Part shown: positions 31,286 to 43,116 of the stretch, piece by piece | Position numbering within the stretch: the first letter of the stretch is position 1 | Layout: every line of letters begins with the position of its first letter | Assembly: GCA_964441285.1 (NCBI GenBank) | Contig: CAYTUK010000001.1 | Coordinates: 156,939-220,938 of the forward strand | Origin: an uncultured Thiotrichaceae bacterium | Lineage (GTDB): Bacteria; Pseudomonadota; Gammaproteobacteria; SZUA-229 | Length of the DNA: 64,000 nucleotides | Direction of reading: 5' to 3' | Translations under genes and position numbers: made by a program | The notes under the pieces: model-generated | Databases searched by the model: none | The model's input: only the letters and a program-made list of their open reading frames with translations | Told to the model about the DNA's origin: nothing

Positions 31286-32652
31286 TGATGCTTTCACAGG
31301 CGGCCACAGTATTAAATGCAAAAGTTCGTGGTGTCGACGTATTGTTTACTGCCATTTCAAAAGATACGCGTAGTATTGCTAATGGCGATCTATATGTTGC
31401 CATAAAAGGCGACCATTTTGATGGCCATCTTTTTATGAAACAGGCAGAAATGTCAGGTGCAGCCGCCGCACTCGTAAGTGATTGGCAGAAAACGGAATTA
31501 TCACAGCTGTGTGTTGCAGATACTCGGCTTGCACTGGGGAAATTGGCTGCATACTGGGTACAGAAGTGGCATCAACCAGTACAACAGAAACTTATTGGTA
31601 TTACAGGCAGTAATGGTAAAACCACAGTTAAAGAAATGTGCCGTAATATTTTTGCACAAGCTGCCGGTGATGAAAGTGTGCTCTCAACACAAGGGAATTT
31701 TAACAATAATATTGGACTGCCATTAACCTTGCTGGGCTTACGTAAAAATCATCGGTATGCAGTAATAGAGATGGGTGCAAATCATGTTGGCGAAATTGAT
31801 TATCTAACGGAAATCGCTCGACCTGATATAGCTGTTATCACTAATGCTAACCCAGCGCATTTGCTAGGTTTTGGTTCAATTGAAAATATTGCAGATGCCA
31901 AAGCTGAAATTTTTAATGGCTTATCTGCACAAGGTGTAGCGATTATCAATGATGATGATGCGTTTTCAGAGAAATGGATTGAACAGGCCACAGGAAAAAC
32001 ACAGGTGTTATTTTCAATGGAAAATAATAAGGTGGATGTTTTTGCCCGCCAGAAAAGAGCCGGTGTCTATGAGGTGAAAACGCCGCAAGGCACAGCAGAA
32101 TTCCAGTTATTGATACCAGGTAGACATAATGTGATGAATGCACTGGCAGCAACAGCCGCAGCCAGTGTGGCGGGTATTGATTTAGATGTCATCGTTGAGA
32201 GCTTGAATACATTTAGAAATATTCGTGGACGTTTAACTGTTACCGAGATGAATAATGGTAGCAAAGTTATTGATGACAGCTATAACGCTAACCCTGTATC
32301 GGTATGTGCGGCTATTGATGTGCTTGCAGAGCAGTCAGGTAAAAAAATACTCATCCTGGGTGATATGGCAGAGCTTGGTAATAATGCATTAAAGTTGCAT
32401 GCAGAAGCTGGCATATATGCAAAACGGGCAGGTATTGATGTTCTATATACAATTGGAGAACAGAGCCTTTATACAGCACAGGCATTTGGTGAAAATGCCG
32501 AACATTTCGCCACAAAAAAAATGTTATTAAAAAAAGTACTGAGCGATTTAAGTGGTAAAGAAGTCATTTTAATTAAAGGCTCACGTAGTGCTGCTATGGA
32601 AGAAGTTTTAGCTGGCATCCTGATGCATAAAAATAATCAGAGGATAAACTAA
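31282..32652 (+). CDS. murF: UDP-N-acetylmuramoyl-tripeptide--D-alanyl-D-alanine ligase
   Basis: 456 aa; [10 protein letters not shown]; Mur ligase domains; ATGA overlap with murE. Confidence 0.9.
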   Translation: MMMLSQAATVLNAKVRGVDVLFTAISKDTRSIANGDLYVAIKGDHFDGHLFMKQAEMSGAAAALVSDWQKTELSQLCVADTRLALGKLAAYWVQKWHQPVQQKLIGITGSNGKTTVKEMCRNIFAQAAGDESVLSTQGNFNNNIGLPLTLLGLRKNHRYAVIEMGANHVGEIDYLTEIARPDIAVITNANPAHLLGFGSIENIADAKAEIFNGLSAQGVAIINDDDAFSEKWIEQATGKTQVLFSMENNKVDVFARQKRAGVYEVKTPQGTAEFQLLIPGRHNVMNALAATAAASVAGIDLDVIVESLNTFRNIRGRLTVTEMNNGSKVIDDSYNANPVSVCAAIDVLAEQSGKKILILGDMAELGNNALKLHAEAGIYAKRAGIDVLYTIGEQSLYTAQAFGENAEHFATKKMLLKKVLSDLSGKEVILIKGSRSAAMEEVLAGILMHKNNQRIN

Positions 32653-33734
32653 TGTTATTAACATTAGCAGAATATCTTGAGCATTATGAAAGCGGGTTTT
32701 CCGTTTTCCATTATATTACTTTGCGGGCTATTTTTGGTGCAATTACGGCACTGGTTTTATCCTTGATGGTCGGGCCGGTAATGATTCGTAAATTATCCAG
32801 TTATAACGTTGGTCAACAGATCCGAGATGATGGTCCACAATCACACCTTGTAAAATCAGGAACACCTACGATGGGAGGCGCATTAATTCTGGTTTCAATT
32901 TCAATAAGCACCCTGCTGTGGAGTGACCTAAGTAATATTAAAGTTTGGGTGGTCTTGGGGGTGACGCTTTTATTTGGCTTAATTGGTGGTATCGATGATT
33001 ATAAAAAACTGGTTTATGGTAATGCAAAAGGCCTGTCTGCTAAAGCCAAATATTTTTGGCAAACCGTGTTTGGTTTACTAGCAGCTTATATCATTTATGC
33101 AAATGCAAAAACGCCGATAGAAACCACGCTTATTTTTCCCTTTCTAAAAGATGTATATCTACCTATGGGCGTTTTTTTTATTCCATTCGCGTACCTGGTT
33201 ATTGTCGGTGCGAGTAACGCTGTAAATCTGACCGATGGTCTGGATGGTCTAGCTATTATGCCAACCGTTATGGTTGCTGCTGCGCTGGGTATATTTGCTT
33301 ATGTAACCGGTCATACTACGTTTGCCAATTATCTGGGTATTCCCTATGTTGCTGGTGTTGGTGAGTTAACCATATTTTGTGGCACTATGGTTGGGGCAGG
33401 TTTGGGCTTTCTCTGGTTCAATACCTATCCAGCACAGGTGTTTATGGGAGATGTTGGTGCGTTAGCACTGGGTGCGGCACTTGGTGTTGTTGCTGTGTAT
33501 GCTCGACAGGAACTTATATTGATGATTATGGGTGGTGTATTTGTAATGGAAACTTTTTCTGTAATTATGCAGGTAGCTTCATTCAAACTAACGGGTAAGC
33601 GTATTTTTAGAATGGCACCAATTCACCATCATTTTGAATTAAAAGGCTGGCCTGAACCGAGAGTGATTGTTCGTTTCTGGATCATTACTGTGGTATTGGT
33701 ACTGATCGGGCTGGCATCGCTAAAGATTCGGTAA
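32652..33734 (+). CDS. mraY: phospho-N-acetylmuramoyl-pentapeptide transferase
   Basis: 360 aa; 10-TM; conserved [18 protein letters not shown]. Confidence 0.95.
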   Translation: MLLTLAEYLEHYESGFSVFHYITLRAIFGAITALVLSLMVGPVMIRKLSSYNVGQQIRDDGPQSHLVKSGTPTMGGALILVSISISTLLWSDLSNIKVWVVLGVTLLFGLIGGIDDYKKLVYGNAKGLSAKAKYFWQTVFGLLAAYIIYANAKTPIETTLIFPFLKDVYLPMGVFFIPFAYLVIVGASNAVNLTDGLDGLAIMPTVMVAAALGIFAYVTGHTTFANYLGIPYVAGVGELTIFCGTMVGAGLGFLWFNTYPAQVFMGDVGALALGAALGVVAVYARQELILMIMGGVFVMETFSVIMQVASFKLTGKRIFRMAPIHHHFELKGWPEPRVIVRFWIITVVLVLIGLASLKIR

Positions 33735-33742
33735 GCAGAGTT

Positions 33743-35149
33743 ATGAACGCAATAAAAATCATGACAGAAAGAAATAAACAATCAGCATATACCCTGGTTG
33801 TGGGGCTAGGTAAAACGGGTTTATCGGTAGTACGTTATTTGAATTCACTGGGTGAAAATATTGTGGTGGCGGATAGTTGTGATACCCCACTGGGGTTAAA
33901 GGTTTTAAAACACGATTATCCTGAGGTAAAAATTTATACAGGTCAATTTAATAAAAAATTATTTCTGCAGGCGCGCCGGATTATTGTTAGTCCCGGTGTG
34001 CCTCTGGCAACATCGGTGTTGCGGCAGGCTAAAGATGAAGGGATTGAGATTTGTGGTGACATTGATTTATTCGCGCATGAAGTCGTAGCGCCTGTGCTGG
34101 GCATTACTGGTTCAAATGGTAAAAGTACGGTTACCAGTCTGGTAACAAAAATGGCGATTGATGCAGGCATTAATGCCGCTGCAGGCGGTAATATAGGTTT
34201 ACCCGTGTTGGATTTATTGAATGAAGGCTCAGATGACGAAGAGAATAAGACGGCATTATATGTGCTTGAGCTGTCAAGTTTTCAACTTGAAACATTAAAT
34301 TATTTACCAATAAAAGCAGCTGTGGTGTTAAATATCAGTGCAGATCACCTGGATCGCTATGAAAACCTGGCCGCTTATGCATACAGTAAGCAGTTGATTT
34401 ACGATAACTCAGAGATATGGGTGATTAATGTGGATGATGTGCTTGCATCACCGGTGCCGGCAGTGAACAAAAAAACGATTGAATTCACTTTAAATAAACC
34501 TGCAGTTAACCAGTTTGGTATTGCTAAAACAGAGAATAAAGTACATATTTTTTATGGCGAAAAAGCCTTAATAAGTGTGCAGGATGTCAAACTCAAGGGT
34601 AAGCATAATTTACAGAATATACTAGCAGCGCTCGCCTTGGGCACAGCCATTGACTTACCACTGGACTCTATGTTGGCGACATTAAAAAGTTTTCCTGGGT
34701 TACCACATCGCACCCAATGGGTGGCAGAATTAAATGGTGTTAACTGGATTAATGACTCCAAGGCAACCAATGTAGGTGCTGCAATCGCAGCAATAAAAGG
34801 ACTGCCTGGAAAACAGATATTAATTGCTGGTGGTGAATCAAAAGATGCTGATTTTAGTGAACTTGCAAGCGTAATTACGCAGCATTGTCGCGCGGTAATT
34901 TTATTGGGTAAAGATGCAGCATTAATTGAACAGGCTATTCAAATAGCGCAACCTGATACAACGGTTGTTGTAAAGCGTGTTATCGATATGCGTGCAGCAA
35001 TCTATTTTGCAAATGAACACGCTTTGTCGGGAGATAATATTATATTGGCACCTGCCTGTGCCAGTTTTGATATGTTTGAAAATTTTGAGCATCGTGGTGA
35101 GGTTTTTATACAGGAAGTCAAACAGATAATAGAAGAAATACGGTCATGA
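33743..35149 (+). CDS. murD: UDP-N-acetylmuramoylalanine--D-glutamate ligase
   Basis: 468 aa; [13 protein letters not shown]-loop; Mur ligase fold. Confidence 0.9.
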   Translation: MNAIKIMTERNKQSAYTLVVGLGKTGLSVVRYLNSLGENIVVADSCDTPLGLKVLKHDYPEVKIYTGQFNKKLFLQARRIIVSPGVPLATSVLRQAKDEGIEICGDIDLFAHEVVAPVLGITGSNGKSTVTSLVTKMAIDAGINAAAGGNIGLPVLDLLNEGSDDEENKTALYVLELSSFQLETLNYLPIKAAVVLNISADHLDRYENLAAYAYSKQLIYDNSEIWVINVDDVLASPVPAVNKKTIEFTLNKPAVNQFGIAKTENKVHIFYGEKALISVQDVKLKGKHNLQNILAALALGTAIDLPLDSMLATLKSFPGLPHRTQWVAELNGVNWINDSKATNVGAAIAAIKGLPGKQILIAGGESKDADFSELASVITQHCRAVILLGKDAALIEQAIQIAQPDTTVVVKRVIDMRAAIYFANEHALSGDNIILAPACASFDMFENFEHRGEVFIQEVKQIIEEIRS

Positions 35150-36387
35150 GTATTGCTGCCGTTATGTTTAAGCAGTTTCAACCACTGTGCCGCTTACAGC
35201 ATTATGATTTAAGCGATATCGACATGATTTTATTGGTAGCGTCAATTGCATTACTGAGCCTCGGTATTGTTATGGTTGCATCATCATCAACCAGTGTTGC
35301 AGACAGAAATTTCTCTAACCCATTTTATTACCTTGACCGCCAGATGGTTTTTGTTGTGATGGGTGTTGTAGCCGCATTAACTGTGTTTAATATACGTTTG
35401 GTGCAATGGGAGAAATCAGGTGTAGCATTATTAATTTTTGCACTTTTTCTATTACTGCTAGTTTTAATTCCCGGGGTTGGTAAAAGTGTGAATGGTAGTA
35501 CGCGTTGGTTACCATTCGGGTTCTTTAATTTACAGATTTCGGAACTGGTTAAACTTTTTCTTATTGTATATGTGGCAGGGTATCTGGTACGGCATGGAGA
35601 GTCGGTTCGAACCACAATGTGGGGATTTTTAAAACCGATGCTAATGGTTGGGTTGACGGGTTTGCTATTATTAATCGAACCTGATTTTGGTACTACCGTT
35701 GTGCTTATGGGCACTGTGCTGGGTATGACCTACTTATGTGGCGCACGTTTCAGGCAGTTTTTTTCATTTGTTACCCTGTTTGGTATTGCCGCTTTGCTGT
35801 TGATCATCACATCCCCTTATCGCATGCAGCGGCTGGTGTCATTTGCCAATCCCTGGGCAGACCCTTTCGCTAGCGGCTTCCAGCTAACGCAGTCACTCAT
35901 TGCTATTGGTACCGGCGGCTGGTTTGGAGCCGGACTAGGCGGAAGTGTACAGAAGTTATTTTATCTACCTGAAGCGCATACAGATTTTCTATTTGCAGTC
36001 TTGTCAGAAGAGTTAGGCTTTGCTGGTGTAATACTGGTTATTAGTCTGTACACGGTTGTGTTTTTCCGGGCTTTTCGCATCGCATTGTTGGCTGAGCGTG
36101 CCGGCAATTTCTTTTCTGCTTATCTTGCTTATGGTATCGGTATCTGGCTGGCTATGCAGGCAGTGATTAATATGGGGGTAAACATGGGGTTGTTGCCAAC
36201 AAAAGGGCTGACTTTACCACTGATGAGTTATGGTGGTAGCAGTCTGGTTGTTTGTTGTATTGCTATTGGTTTGCTTATGCGTATTCATTATGAAAATAAC
36301 AGAACATCAAAACAGGGTAGAAATCGTTCGCGTAAACATAAAATAGCAGTGCAAAAAAAGCGGCGACAGGAGCAGCAGCATGCTTGA
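35146..36387 (+). CDS. ftsW: peptidoglycan glycosyltransferase FtsW (SEDS family)
   Basis: 413 aa; polytopic; SEDS motifs; position between murD and murG. Confidence 0.9.
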   Translation: MSIAAVMFKQFQPLCRLQHYDLSDIDMILLVASIALLSLGIVMVASSSTSVADRNFSNPFYYLDRQMVFVVMGVVAALTVFNIRLVQWEKSGVALLIFALFLLLLVLIPGVGKSVNGSTRWLPFGFFNLQISELVKLFLIVYVAGYLVRHGESVRTTMWGFLKPMLMVGLTGLLLLIEPDFGTTVVLMGTVLGMTYLCGARFRQFFSFVTLFGIAALLLIITSPYRMQRLVSFANPWADPFASGFQLTQSLIAIGTGGWFGAGLGGSVQKLFYLPEAHTDFLFAVLSEELGFAGVILVISLYTVVFFRAFRIALLAERAGNFFSAYLAYGIGIWLAMQAVINMGVNMGLLPTKGLTLPLMSYGGSSLVVCCIAIGLLMRIHYENNRTSKQGRNRSRKHKIAVQKKRRQEQQHA

Positions 36388-37462
36388 TATACGTCCGGTT
36401 TTAATTATGGCTGGTGGTACTGGCGGACATGTTTTTCCAGCACTGGCAGTGGCTGATGAATTACGCCAACGTGGTGTTCCGGTTGTATGGCTGGGAACGC
36501 ATGCGGGCATTGAAGCGAGACTGGTTCCTGAAGCAGGCTATCCGATTGAATGGTTGAGTATTACTGGTGTGCGCGGTAAAAAAATTATTCCTTTGTTGCT
36601 GGCACCATTAAAAATAACTCAGGCATGCTGGCAGGCATTATGTGTCATCCGTAGATGCAAACCCTGTGCAGTACTGGGTATGGGCGGTTTCGTTTCAGGT
36701 CCTGGTGGCTTGATGGCATGGTTAAGTCGTAAACCTTTATTAATTCATGAGCAGAACGCGATTCCTGGTTTAACCAATCGTTTACTGGCCAGATTAGCTG
36801 ATAGTGTTTTACAGGCGTTTCCCGGTGCACTTGGTCACAAAGCTAAAACCCTGGGTAACCCTGTGAGGCGAAGTATTTGTGACTTACCGCCGCCAGAAGA
36901 GCGGTTACCTCAATGTCATGCAGCTTTGCATTTACTGGTTATTGGCGGCAGTCTTGGTGCGCTCAAACTGAACCAGTTAGTCCCACAGGCACTGGCAGGT
37001 ATCGATGAAAAGATGCGCCCAGAGGTGTGGCATCAAACCGGTTTAAAACATGTTGATGTCACCAGTGAACAATATCGGCAAGGCGGCATCGAAGCACAGG
37101 TTGAGGCATTCATCGACAATATGGCAACGGCCTACGCCTGGGCCGATCTGGTGATCTGTCGCGCTGGTGCGATGACAGTATTTGAGCTTGCGGCAGCGGG
37201 CGTTGCCTCCATTCTGGTGCCATACCCGTATGCAGTTGATGACCATCAAACAGCCAATGCAATGTATTTACATCATGCTGGTGCTGCGATCATTAAACAA
37301 CAGCAGGATATTGATAGTCACTGGCTGGCTAATACAGTAATCGATTTTACACAGCATCGTGAGCGGTTACTGCAGATGGCAAAAGCTGCACGTACGTTAG
37401 CGGTACCAGATTCTGCAAAAAGAATTTCTGCACTGTGTTTGAGTGCAGGAGGTATTCTCTAA
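36380..37462 (+). CDS. murG: UDP-N-acetylglucosamine--N-acetylmuramyl-(pentapeptide) pyrophosphoryl-undecaprenol N-acetylglucosamine transferase
   Basis: 360 aa; [13 protein letters not shown]-terminal motif; GT-B fold. Confidence 0.9.
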   Translation: MLDIRPVLIMAGGTGGHVFPALAVADELRQRGVPVVWLGTHAGIEARLVPEAGYPIEWLSITGVRGKKIIPLLLAPLKITQACWQALCVIRRCKPCAVLGMGGFVSGPGGLMAWLSRKPLLIHEQNAIPGLTNRLLARLADSVLQAFPGALGHKAKTLGNPVRRSICDLPPPEERLPQCHAALHLLVIGGSLGALKLNQLVPQALAGIDEKMRPEVWHQTGLKHVDVTSEQYRQGGIEAQVEAFIDNMATAYAWADLVICRAGAMTVFELAAAGVASILVPYPYAVDDHQTANAMYLHHAGAAIIKQQQDIDSHWLANTVIDFTQHRERLLQMAKAARTLAVPDSAKRISALCLSAGGIL

Positions 37463-38898
37463 TGCAACAGATTATGCCAATGGACTCGATTATGCGGCGC
37501 ATTCATAGAGTCCATTTTGTTGGTATCGGTGGTGCGGGAATGAGTGGAATTGCTGATGTGATGCACCATTTGGGTTATGAAATAAGTGGTTCGGACATTG
37601 CCAGAAATTCGGCCATTAAACATCTTGAAGATGAGGGGATAAAAATTTACTTATCTCATCGAGCAGAGAACATCGAAGATGTTGATGTGGTAGTTACATC
37701 AAGCGCAATTAATAACGATAATATTGAAGTAAAAACGGCGCAGAGTTTACGCATTCCAGTAGTCCCTCGTGCAGAAATGCTGGCTGAAATTATGCGATTT
37801 AGTCATGGTATTGCGGTTGCAGGTACACACGGTAAAACCACGGTTACATCTTTAATAGCAAGTGTTCTGGCTGAAGGTGGGCTTGATCCAACCTATGTTA
37901 TTGGCGGTAAGCTAAATAGCTCGGCAAAACATGCGCGGTTAGGTAAAAGTAAATATCTTGTTGCCGAAGCGGATGAAAGCGACGCTTCTTTTCTGTACCT
38001 GCAACCGGTCATTGCAGTAGTAACCAATGTAGATGCCGATCATTTACCTACCTATGGCGGCGATTTCAATCGGTTGAAAAAAACGTTTGTTGAGTTTTTG
38101 CATCATTTACCTTTTTATGGTCTAGCCGTTGTATGCGTGGATGATGATGAAGTCAGGGGTTTGCTCAGCGAGATTAATCGCCCGGTCATTCGTTATGGTA
38201 TTGAACAAGATGCAGATGTTTGTGCTTCAAATATAAAGTTTAAAGGGGCGCAGACAGCGTTTGATGTCATGTTACCTGAGAGTGATCACAGGTTATCCAT
38301 TACATTGAATATGCCCGGACGACATAATGTTTTAAATGCACTGGCTGCAATTAGTGTGGCAAATGAGTTGGGTGTAAGTGGTGAGGCAATACAACGGGCG
38401 TTGGCCGAGTTTGCGGGTGTTGGTCGTCGTATGGATATGCACGGTGAAGTAACGCTGTCTGTTGCCGGAGTAGATGCCTGTATTCTGCTGTTGGACGATT
38501 ATGCTCACCACCCAACGGAAATTGCAGCAACGCTGAATGCGGTCAGAAATGGTTGGCCTGATAAAAGACTGGTGGTGGTTTTTCAGCCACATCGTTATAC
38601 CCGTACGCGTGATTTATTTGAGGATTTCACACAGATACTTGCCGATGCTGATGTACTGATTTTAGCTGAAGTTTATGCTGCAGGTGAAGATGTTATCGCT
38701 GGCGCAGATGGTCGAGCATTATGTGCAGCAATCCGCGCAAGAGGTAAAGTCAACCCAGTTTTTATTGAAGACATTAACTTGTTGCATGAAACATTAAAAA
38801 CGATAATTCAGGAAGGTGATCTGGTTTTAACGATGGGTGCAGGAAGTATTGGTCGGGTTGCGTCAACATTGAAAGAAAAACTGCGGGCGGTAATATGA
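37462..38898 (+). CDS. murC: UDP-N-acetylmuramate--L-alanine ligase
   Basis: [22 protein letters not shown]-terminus; [10 protein letters not shown]; TAATG overlap with the murG stop; the ORF caller starts at 37435. Confidence 0.9.
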   Translation: MQQIMPMDSIMRRIHRVHFVGIGGAGMSGIADVMHHLGYEISGSDIARNSAIKHLEDEGIKIYLSHRAENIEDVDVVVTSSAINNDNIEVKTAQSLRIPVVPRAEMLAEIMRFSHGIAVAGTHGKTTVTSLIASVLAEGGLDPTYVIGGKLNSSAKHARLGKSKYLVAEADESDASFLYLQPVIAVVTNVDADHLPTYGGDFNRLKKTFVEFLHHLPFYGLAVVCVDDDEVRGLLSEINRPVIRYGIEQDADVCASNIKFKGAQTAFDVMLPESDHRLSITLNMPGRHNVLNALAAISVANELGVSGEAIQRALAEFAGVGRRMDMHGEVTLSVAGVDACILLLDDYAHHPTEIAATLNAVRNGWPDKRLVVVFQPHRYTRTRDLFEDFTQILADADVLILAEVYAAGEDVIAGADGRALCAAIRARGKVNPVFIEDINLLHETLKTIIQEGDLVLTMGAGSIGRVASTLKEKLRAVI

Positions 38899-38899
38899 T

Positions 38900-39823
38900 A
38901 TGCCGGATGTTAGACAAATGACATTACCAATACCCGTTTGTAAGGTCATTGAACGTGAGCCGATGTCACGACATACCAGTTGGCGCACTGGTGGTGTAGC
39001 TGAGCATTATGCTGTGCCACAAACACTGGATGAGCTCAGACAGTTAATAATATCTTTGCCTGCTGACGAAAATATTGAATGGATGGGGTTAGGCAGTAAT
39101 ACATTGGTACGTGACGCTGGGTTTAACGGTACGCTAATAGCGACACAACATGTGATGAATGAAGTTCATTTTCTGGATAATCATACAGTCCATGTTGGTG
39201 CAGGTGTTGCAGATGCGAAACTGGCTCGCCTTTGTGCAAAAAAAGGGTTATACAATGCCGCATTTTTTGCTGGTATTCCAGGTTTGATTGGTGGAGCCCT
39301 GGCAATGAATGCAGGTGCATGGGGAGATGAGACCTGGTCCCATGTTGTTTCTGTTGAAACCATGAACCGACAAGGAAAGATTTGTCAGCGTAATAGCAGT
39401 GAGTTTGAAGTATCGTATCGTCATGTTGATAATTTAAATGGTGAATGGTTTGTTAGTGCCGTCATGCATTTTGCGCATAAAACAGACGATAAATTGATTG
39501 AAGAAAAGGATGTAACAAAGATTAAACAGTTGCTTGAAAAACGTGCGTATGCACAACCCACTGGCGTTGCCAGCTGCGGTTCAGTGTTTCGTAATCCAGT
39601 AGATAATTATGCTGCATATTTAATTGAAAATGCAGGTTTAAAAGGTCAACGTATAGGCGGAGCAGTGGTCTCTGATAAACATGCAAATTTTATTATTAAT
39701 GATAAACAGGCCAGTGCAGAAAATATTGAATCATTAATTAAGTTGATACAGAAAAGAGTTAAACAGCAGTCAGGGATCCTGTTGCAGACAGAAGTAAAAA
39801 TTATTGGGGAGCGTAGCTGGTGA
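38900..39823 (+). CDS. murB: UDP-N-acetylenolpyruvoylglucosamine reductase
   Basis: 307 aa; FAD-binding domain and MurB C-terminal domain (SCGSVFRNP). Confidence 0.9.
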   Translation: MPDVRQMTLPIPVCKVIEREPMSRHTSWRTGGVAEHYAVPQTLDELRQLIISLPADENIEWMGLGSNTLVRDAGFNGTLIATQHVMNEVHFLDNHTVHVGAGVADAKLARLCAKKGLYNAAFFAGIPGLIGGALAMNAGAWGDETWSHVVSVETMNRQGKICQRNSSEFEVSYRHVDNLNGEWFVSAVMHFAHKTDDKLIEEKDVTKIKQLLEKRAYAQPTGVASCGSVFRNPVDNYAAYLIENAGLKGQRIGGAVVSDKHANFIINDKQASAENIESLIKLIQKRVKQQSGILLQTEVKIIGERSW

Positions 39824-40752
39824 ATTCAACCATGCAAACAAGCTTCGGTAAAGTAGCTGTATTAATGGGTGGCGCGTCAGCGGAGCGTAAAATTTCATTA
39901 CAAAGCGGTAATGCTGTGCTTACAGCATTACAGCATAACGGGGTAAATGCTTTTGGTATTGATGTTGATGACAGGATTGTAAAAAACCTGTCTGCAGGTA
40001 ACTTTGAACGTGTATTTATTATGTTACATGGTCGCGGTGGTGAAGATGGCACCATACAGGGATTATTAGAAACGATGCATATTCCTTATACCGGTTCGGG
40101 TGTTATGGCATCGGCGCTGGCAATGGATAAATTACGAACTAAACAGATCTGGCAGGCAACAGGCCTGCCGACGCCAGCTCATTTTGTGCTGGATATAGAA
40201 CGAGATTGCGAGCAGGCAATACAGTCCGTGGGTCTGCCGATGATTGTAAAGCCAGTATTAGAAGGATCCAGTATTGGGATGAGTAAAGTTGAGCGCCAGG
40301 ACGAACTGATTCCCGCGTGGCAGAAAGCAAAGAAATGTGGTGGTGCAGTGATTGCTGAAAAATGGGTAGCGGGTAAAGAGTACACTGCTGCCATAATAGA
40401 TGAGCAGATATTGCCGCTGATACAGTTGGAAACACCCCATAAATTTTATGATTATGACGCTAAATACGAAGCGAATGATACGCGATATATCTGTCCATGC
40501 GGTTTGAGTAACCATGAAGAAGAATTGCTTGCAAATTTAGTTAGAAAAGCATTTTTTTCTATTGGTGCAAACGGTTTCGGTCGTGTCGATTTTATTATAG
40601 ATAGACAAAATCAGCCCTGGCTAATTGAAGTAAATACAGTACCGGGTATGACCAGTCATTCATTAGTGCCAATGGCAGCCAGGCAGGCAGGGATGTCTTT
40701 TAATGAACTGGTTCTGAGGATTTTAAATAGTTCAAAGGAAGGATCTGAGTGA
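39820..40752 (+). CDS. ddl: D-alanine--D-alanine ligase
   Basis: ATP-grasp; KVAVLMGGASAERKISLQSG N-terminus; EVNTVPGMT C-terminus; the start may be ATG 39832. Confidence 0.9.
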   Translation: MNSTMQTSFGKVAVLMGGASAERKISLQSGNAVLTALQHNGVNAFGIDVDDRIVKNLSAGNFERVFIMLHGRGGEDGTIQGLLETMHIPYTGSGVMASALAMDKLRTKQIWQATGLPTPAHFVLDIERDCEQAIQSVGLPMIVKPVLEGSSIGMSKVERQDELIPAWQKAKKCGGAVIAEKWVAGKEYTAAIIDEQILPLIQLETPHKFYDYDAKYEANDTRYICPCGLSNHEEELLANLVRKAFFSIGANGFGRVDFIIDRQNQPWLIEVNTVPGMTSHSLVPMAARQAGMSFNELVLRILNSSKEGSE

Positions 40753-41699
40753 TGAAAAGAAAGTCAAAGTTACGCGTATCAAAGGCATCTATTCCGCTGT
40801 GCTCTGTTCGCAAGCTGGCACCTTATGCTCTTGTCACTGTTATGCTGTCTATCGGGATTATATATCTTAAAAAAGTACAATTTAAAACGATATTACCTAT
40901 TAAGCAGGTGGTTGTTGAAGGTAAGTTAAAACACCTTAATCAAGCGTTAATTAAAACGCTGGTGCTCAATAATATTGGGGGCGGATACTTTACTTTAAAT
41001 TTAATGCGTGTGCGTAAGCGTTTGCTGAAAAATGCCTGGATAAAAAATATTTCGATCAGGCGACAATGGCCTGCAAGGTTGATTGTAAATGTGAAGGAGA
41101 AAGTGGCGGTTTCTTACTGGAATAAACATGCATTTATTAGCGCAGAAGGTAAGGTGTTTAGACCCGTAAACATGGATACTACTTTATTGTTACCGCATAT
41201 GTTCGGCCCTCCTGGACAGCAAAAAAAAGTCTGGATGTTTATGAATAAAATATATTCACCATTGGCATCTCTTCTATTGCGGGTTGATGTACTCTCTCTA
41301 GATAAACGTCGAGCATGGAAGTTGGTATTAAGCTATTTGGCAGAAAAAAAGCTAATGATAGCTGGGAAGCAGGCTAACAACACATTGACCATACGTCTTG
41401 GACGTTATGACACGGATATACGCTTTAAACGGTTTATTAATGTGTTTTCTAGAATAAATAGCCCGAATTTAAGCCAGATTAAAGCAATTGATATGCGTTA
41501 CCCAAATGGGTTTGCAGTGTTAAAAAAGAAGCTGATAAATAGAAAAGATAAAGTAGCCGCAAATGATTTCCAAAATATTTTTCCAGGTAATAATTTAAAT
41601 AATAAAATGGAAAATAGGCCTGAGGAATTTTGTCTGCGATCACTATTAATGGTTTCCTATTCATTATTGCCGTCGATAAATACGCCTAAAGAAGTTTAA
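40749..41699 (+). CDS. ftsQ: cell division protein FtsQ
   Basis: TM then POTRA (IKQVVVEGKLKHLN) and FtsQ beta domain; ~50-aa C-terminal extension relative to E. coli FtsQ. Confidence 0.8.
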   Translation: MMKRKSKLRVSKASIPLCSVRKLAPYALVTVMLSIGIIYLKKVQFKTILPIKQVVVEGKLKHLNQALIKTLVLNNIGGGYFTLNLMRVRKRLLKNAWIKNISIRRQWPARLIVNVKEKVAVSYWNKHAFISAEGKVFRPVNMDTTLLLPHMFGPPGQQKKVWMFMNKIYSPLASLLLRVDVLSLDKRRAWKLVLSYLAEKKLMIAGKQANNTLTIRLGRYDTDIRFKRFINVFSRINSPNLSQIKAIDMRYPNGFAVLKKKLINRKDKVAANDFQNIFPGNNLNNKMENRPEEFCLRSLLMVSYSLLPSINTPKEV

Positions 41700-41703
41700 T
41701 GCC

Positions 41704-42939
41704 ATGACTAAAAAATCAGATAAAAATATATTAATCGGTCTTGATATCGGTACCTCAAAAGTTGTTGCAATTGTTGGTGAGGTGAATGATGAAGGTGAAA
41801 TAGAAATTATTGGTGTTGGATCGAACTTATCCTATGGGCTTAAAAAAGGCGTTGTAGTAAATATTGAATCAACTGTACAGTCAATTCAGCGTGCCATTGA
41901 AGAAGCAGAATTAATGGCGAATTGTGAAATCAATTCTGTTTATACAGGCATAGCTGGTAGCCATATTCGTAGTTTGAATTCACATGGCATCGTTGCTATT
42001 CGTGAACGTGAAGTAACCGACAGCGATCTGGAACGAGTTATTGATGCAGCACGGGCAGTTGCGATCCCAGCTGACCAGCGTGTATTACATGTTTTACCAC
42101 AGGAATTCATTATTGATGATCAGGAAGGTATTCGTGAGCCAGTAGGTATGTCAGGTGTGCGACTGGAAGCAAAAGTGCATCTGGTCACTGGTGCTGTTGG
42201 TGCGGCGCAAAATATTATTAAATGCGTGCGTCGCTGTGGTCTGGACGTTGACGATATAATTCTTGAACAACTTGCATCAAGTTATTCAGTGTTAACTGAA
42301 GATGAAAAAGAACTGGGTGTTTGTCTGGTTGATATTGGTGGTGGAACCACTGATATTGCTGTTTTTTCCGATGGTGCAATTCGTCACACCGCCGTCATTC
42401 CGATTGCGGGTGATCAGGTAACTAATGATATCGCAGTTGCACTGCGTACCCCGACTCAATATGCGAATGAAATAAAAATTAAATATGCCTGCGCGCTGCG
42501 GCAACTGGCGAATCCTGAAGAAACCATTGAAGTTCCCAGTGTGGGGGACAGGCCACCTCGAAAACTTTCACGTCAAACACTTGCTGAGGTTGTTGAGCCT
42601 CGTTATGAGGAGTTGCTGGCACTTGTCTACGCAGAATTATGCCGCAGTGGTTTTGAAGATATTATTGCTGCTGGCGTGGTGTTGACGGGCGGAAGTTCGA
42701 AGATGGAAGGCGTTATTGAGCTGGCTGAAGAAATTTTTCATGCGCCTGTCAGACTTGGTGTGCCACAGTATGTGAATGGCCTTTCTGATGTGGTAAAAAA
42801 TCCTATTTATGCAACCGGTGTTGGTTTATTGCTCTTTGGTAATAAGCATCGTGAATCAAGCACTAGTCACATAATGATGGAAGGTGGTATCAAAGGTATT
42901 TTAGGACGAATGAAAAGCTGGTTTCAGGGGAATTTTTAG
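41704..42939 (+). CDS. ftsA: cell division protein FtsA
   Basis: 411 aa; actin-like ATPase (LDIGTSKV, VDIGGGTTD). Confidence 0.95.
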   Translation: MTKKSDKNILIGLDIGTSKVVAIVGEVNDEGEIEIIGVGSNLSYGLKKGVVVNIESTVQSIQRAIEEAELMANCEINSVYTGIAGSHIRSLNSHGIVAIREREVTDSDLERVIDAARAVAIPADQRVLHVLPQEFIIDDQEGIREPVGMSGVRLEAKVHLVTGAVGAAQNIIKCVRRCGLDVDDIILEQLASSYSVLTEDEKELGVCLVDIGGGTTDIAVFSDGAIRHTAVIPIAGDQVTNDIAVALRTPTQYANEIKIKYACALRQLANPEETIEVPSVGDRPPRKLSRQTLAEVVEPRYEELLALVYAELCRSGFEDIIAAGVVLTGGSSKMEGVIELAEEIFHAPVRLGVPQYVNGLSDVVKNPIYATGVGLLLFGNKHRESSTSHIMMEGGIKGILGRMKSWFQGNF

Positions 42940-43116
42940 GAGCGGGTGGAAAGTGGATTGAAAATAAAAAAGTAGTTGGTTAGAAAGATATAGTTGGTTA
43001 GAAAATAAAGGATGGAAACCGCTGATTAATTCTACATGAAGTAGATTGCCAGAGGTTTCTAACTAATAAGCAACAGAAAAATAAAATTAACAGAAATATC
43101 ATAGTGGAGAATAATT

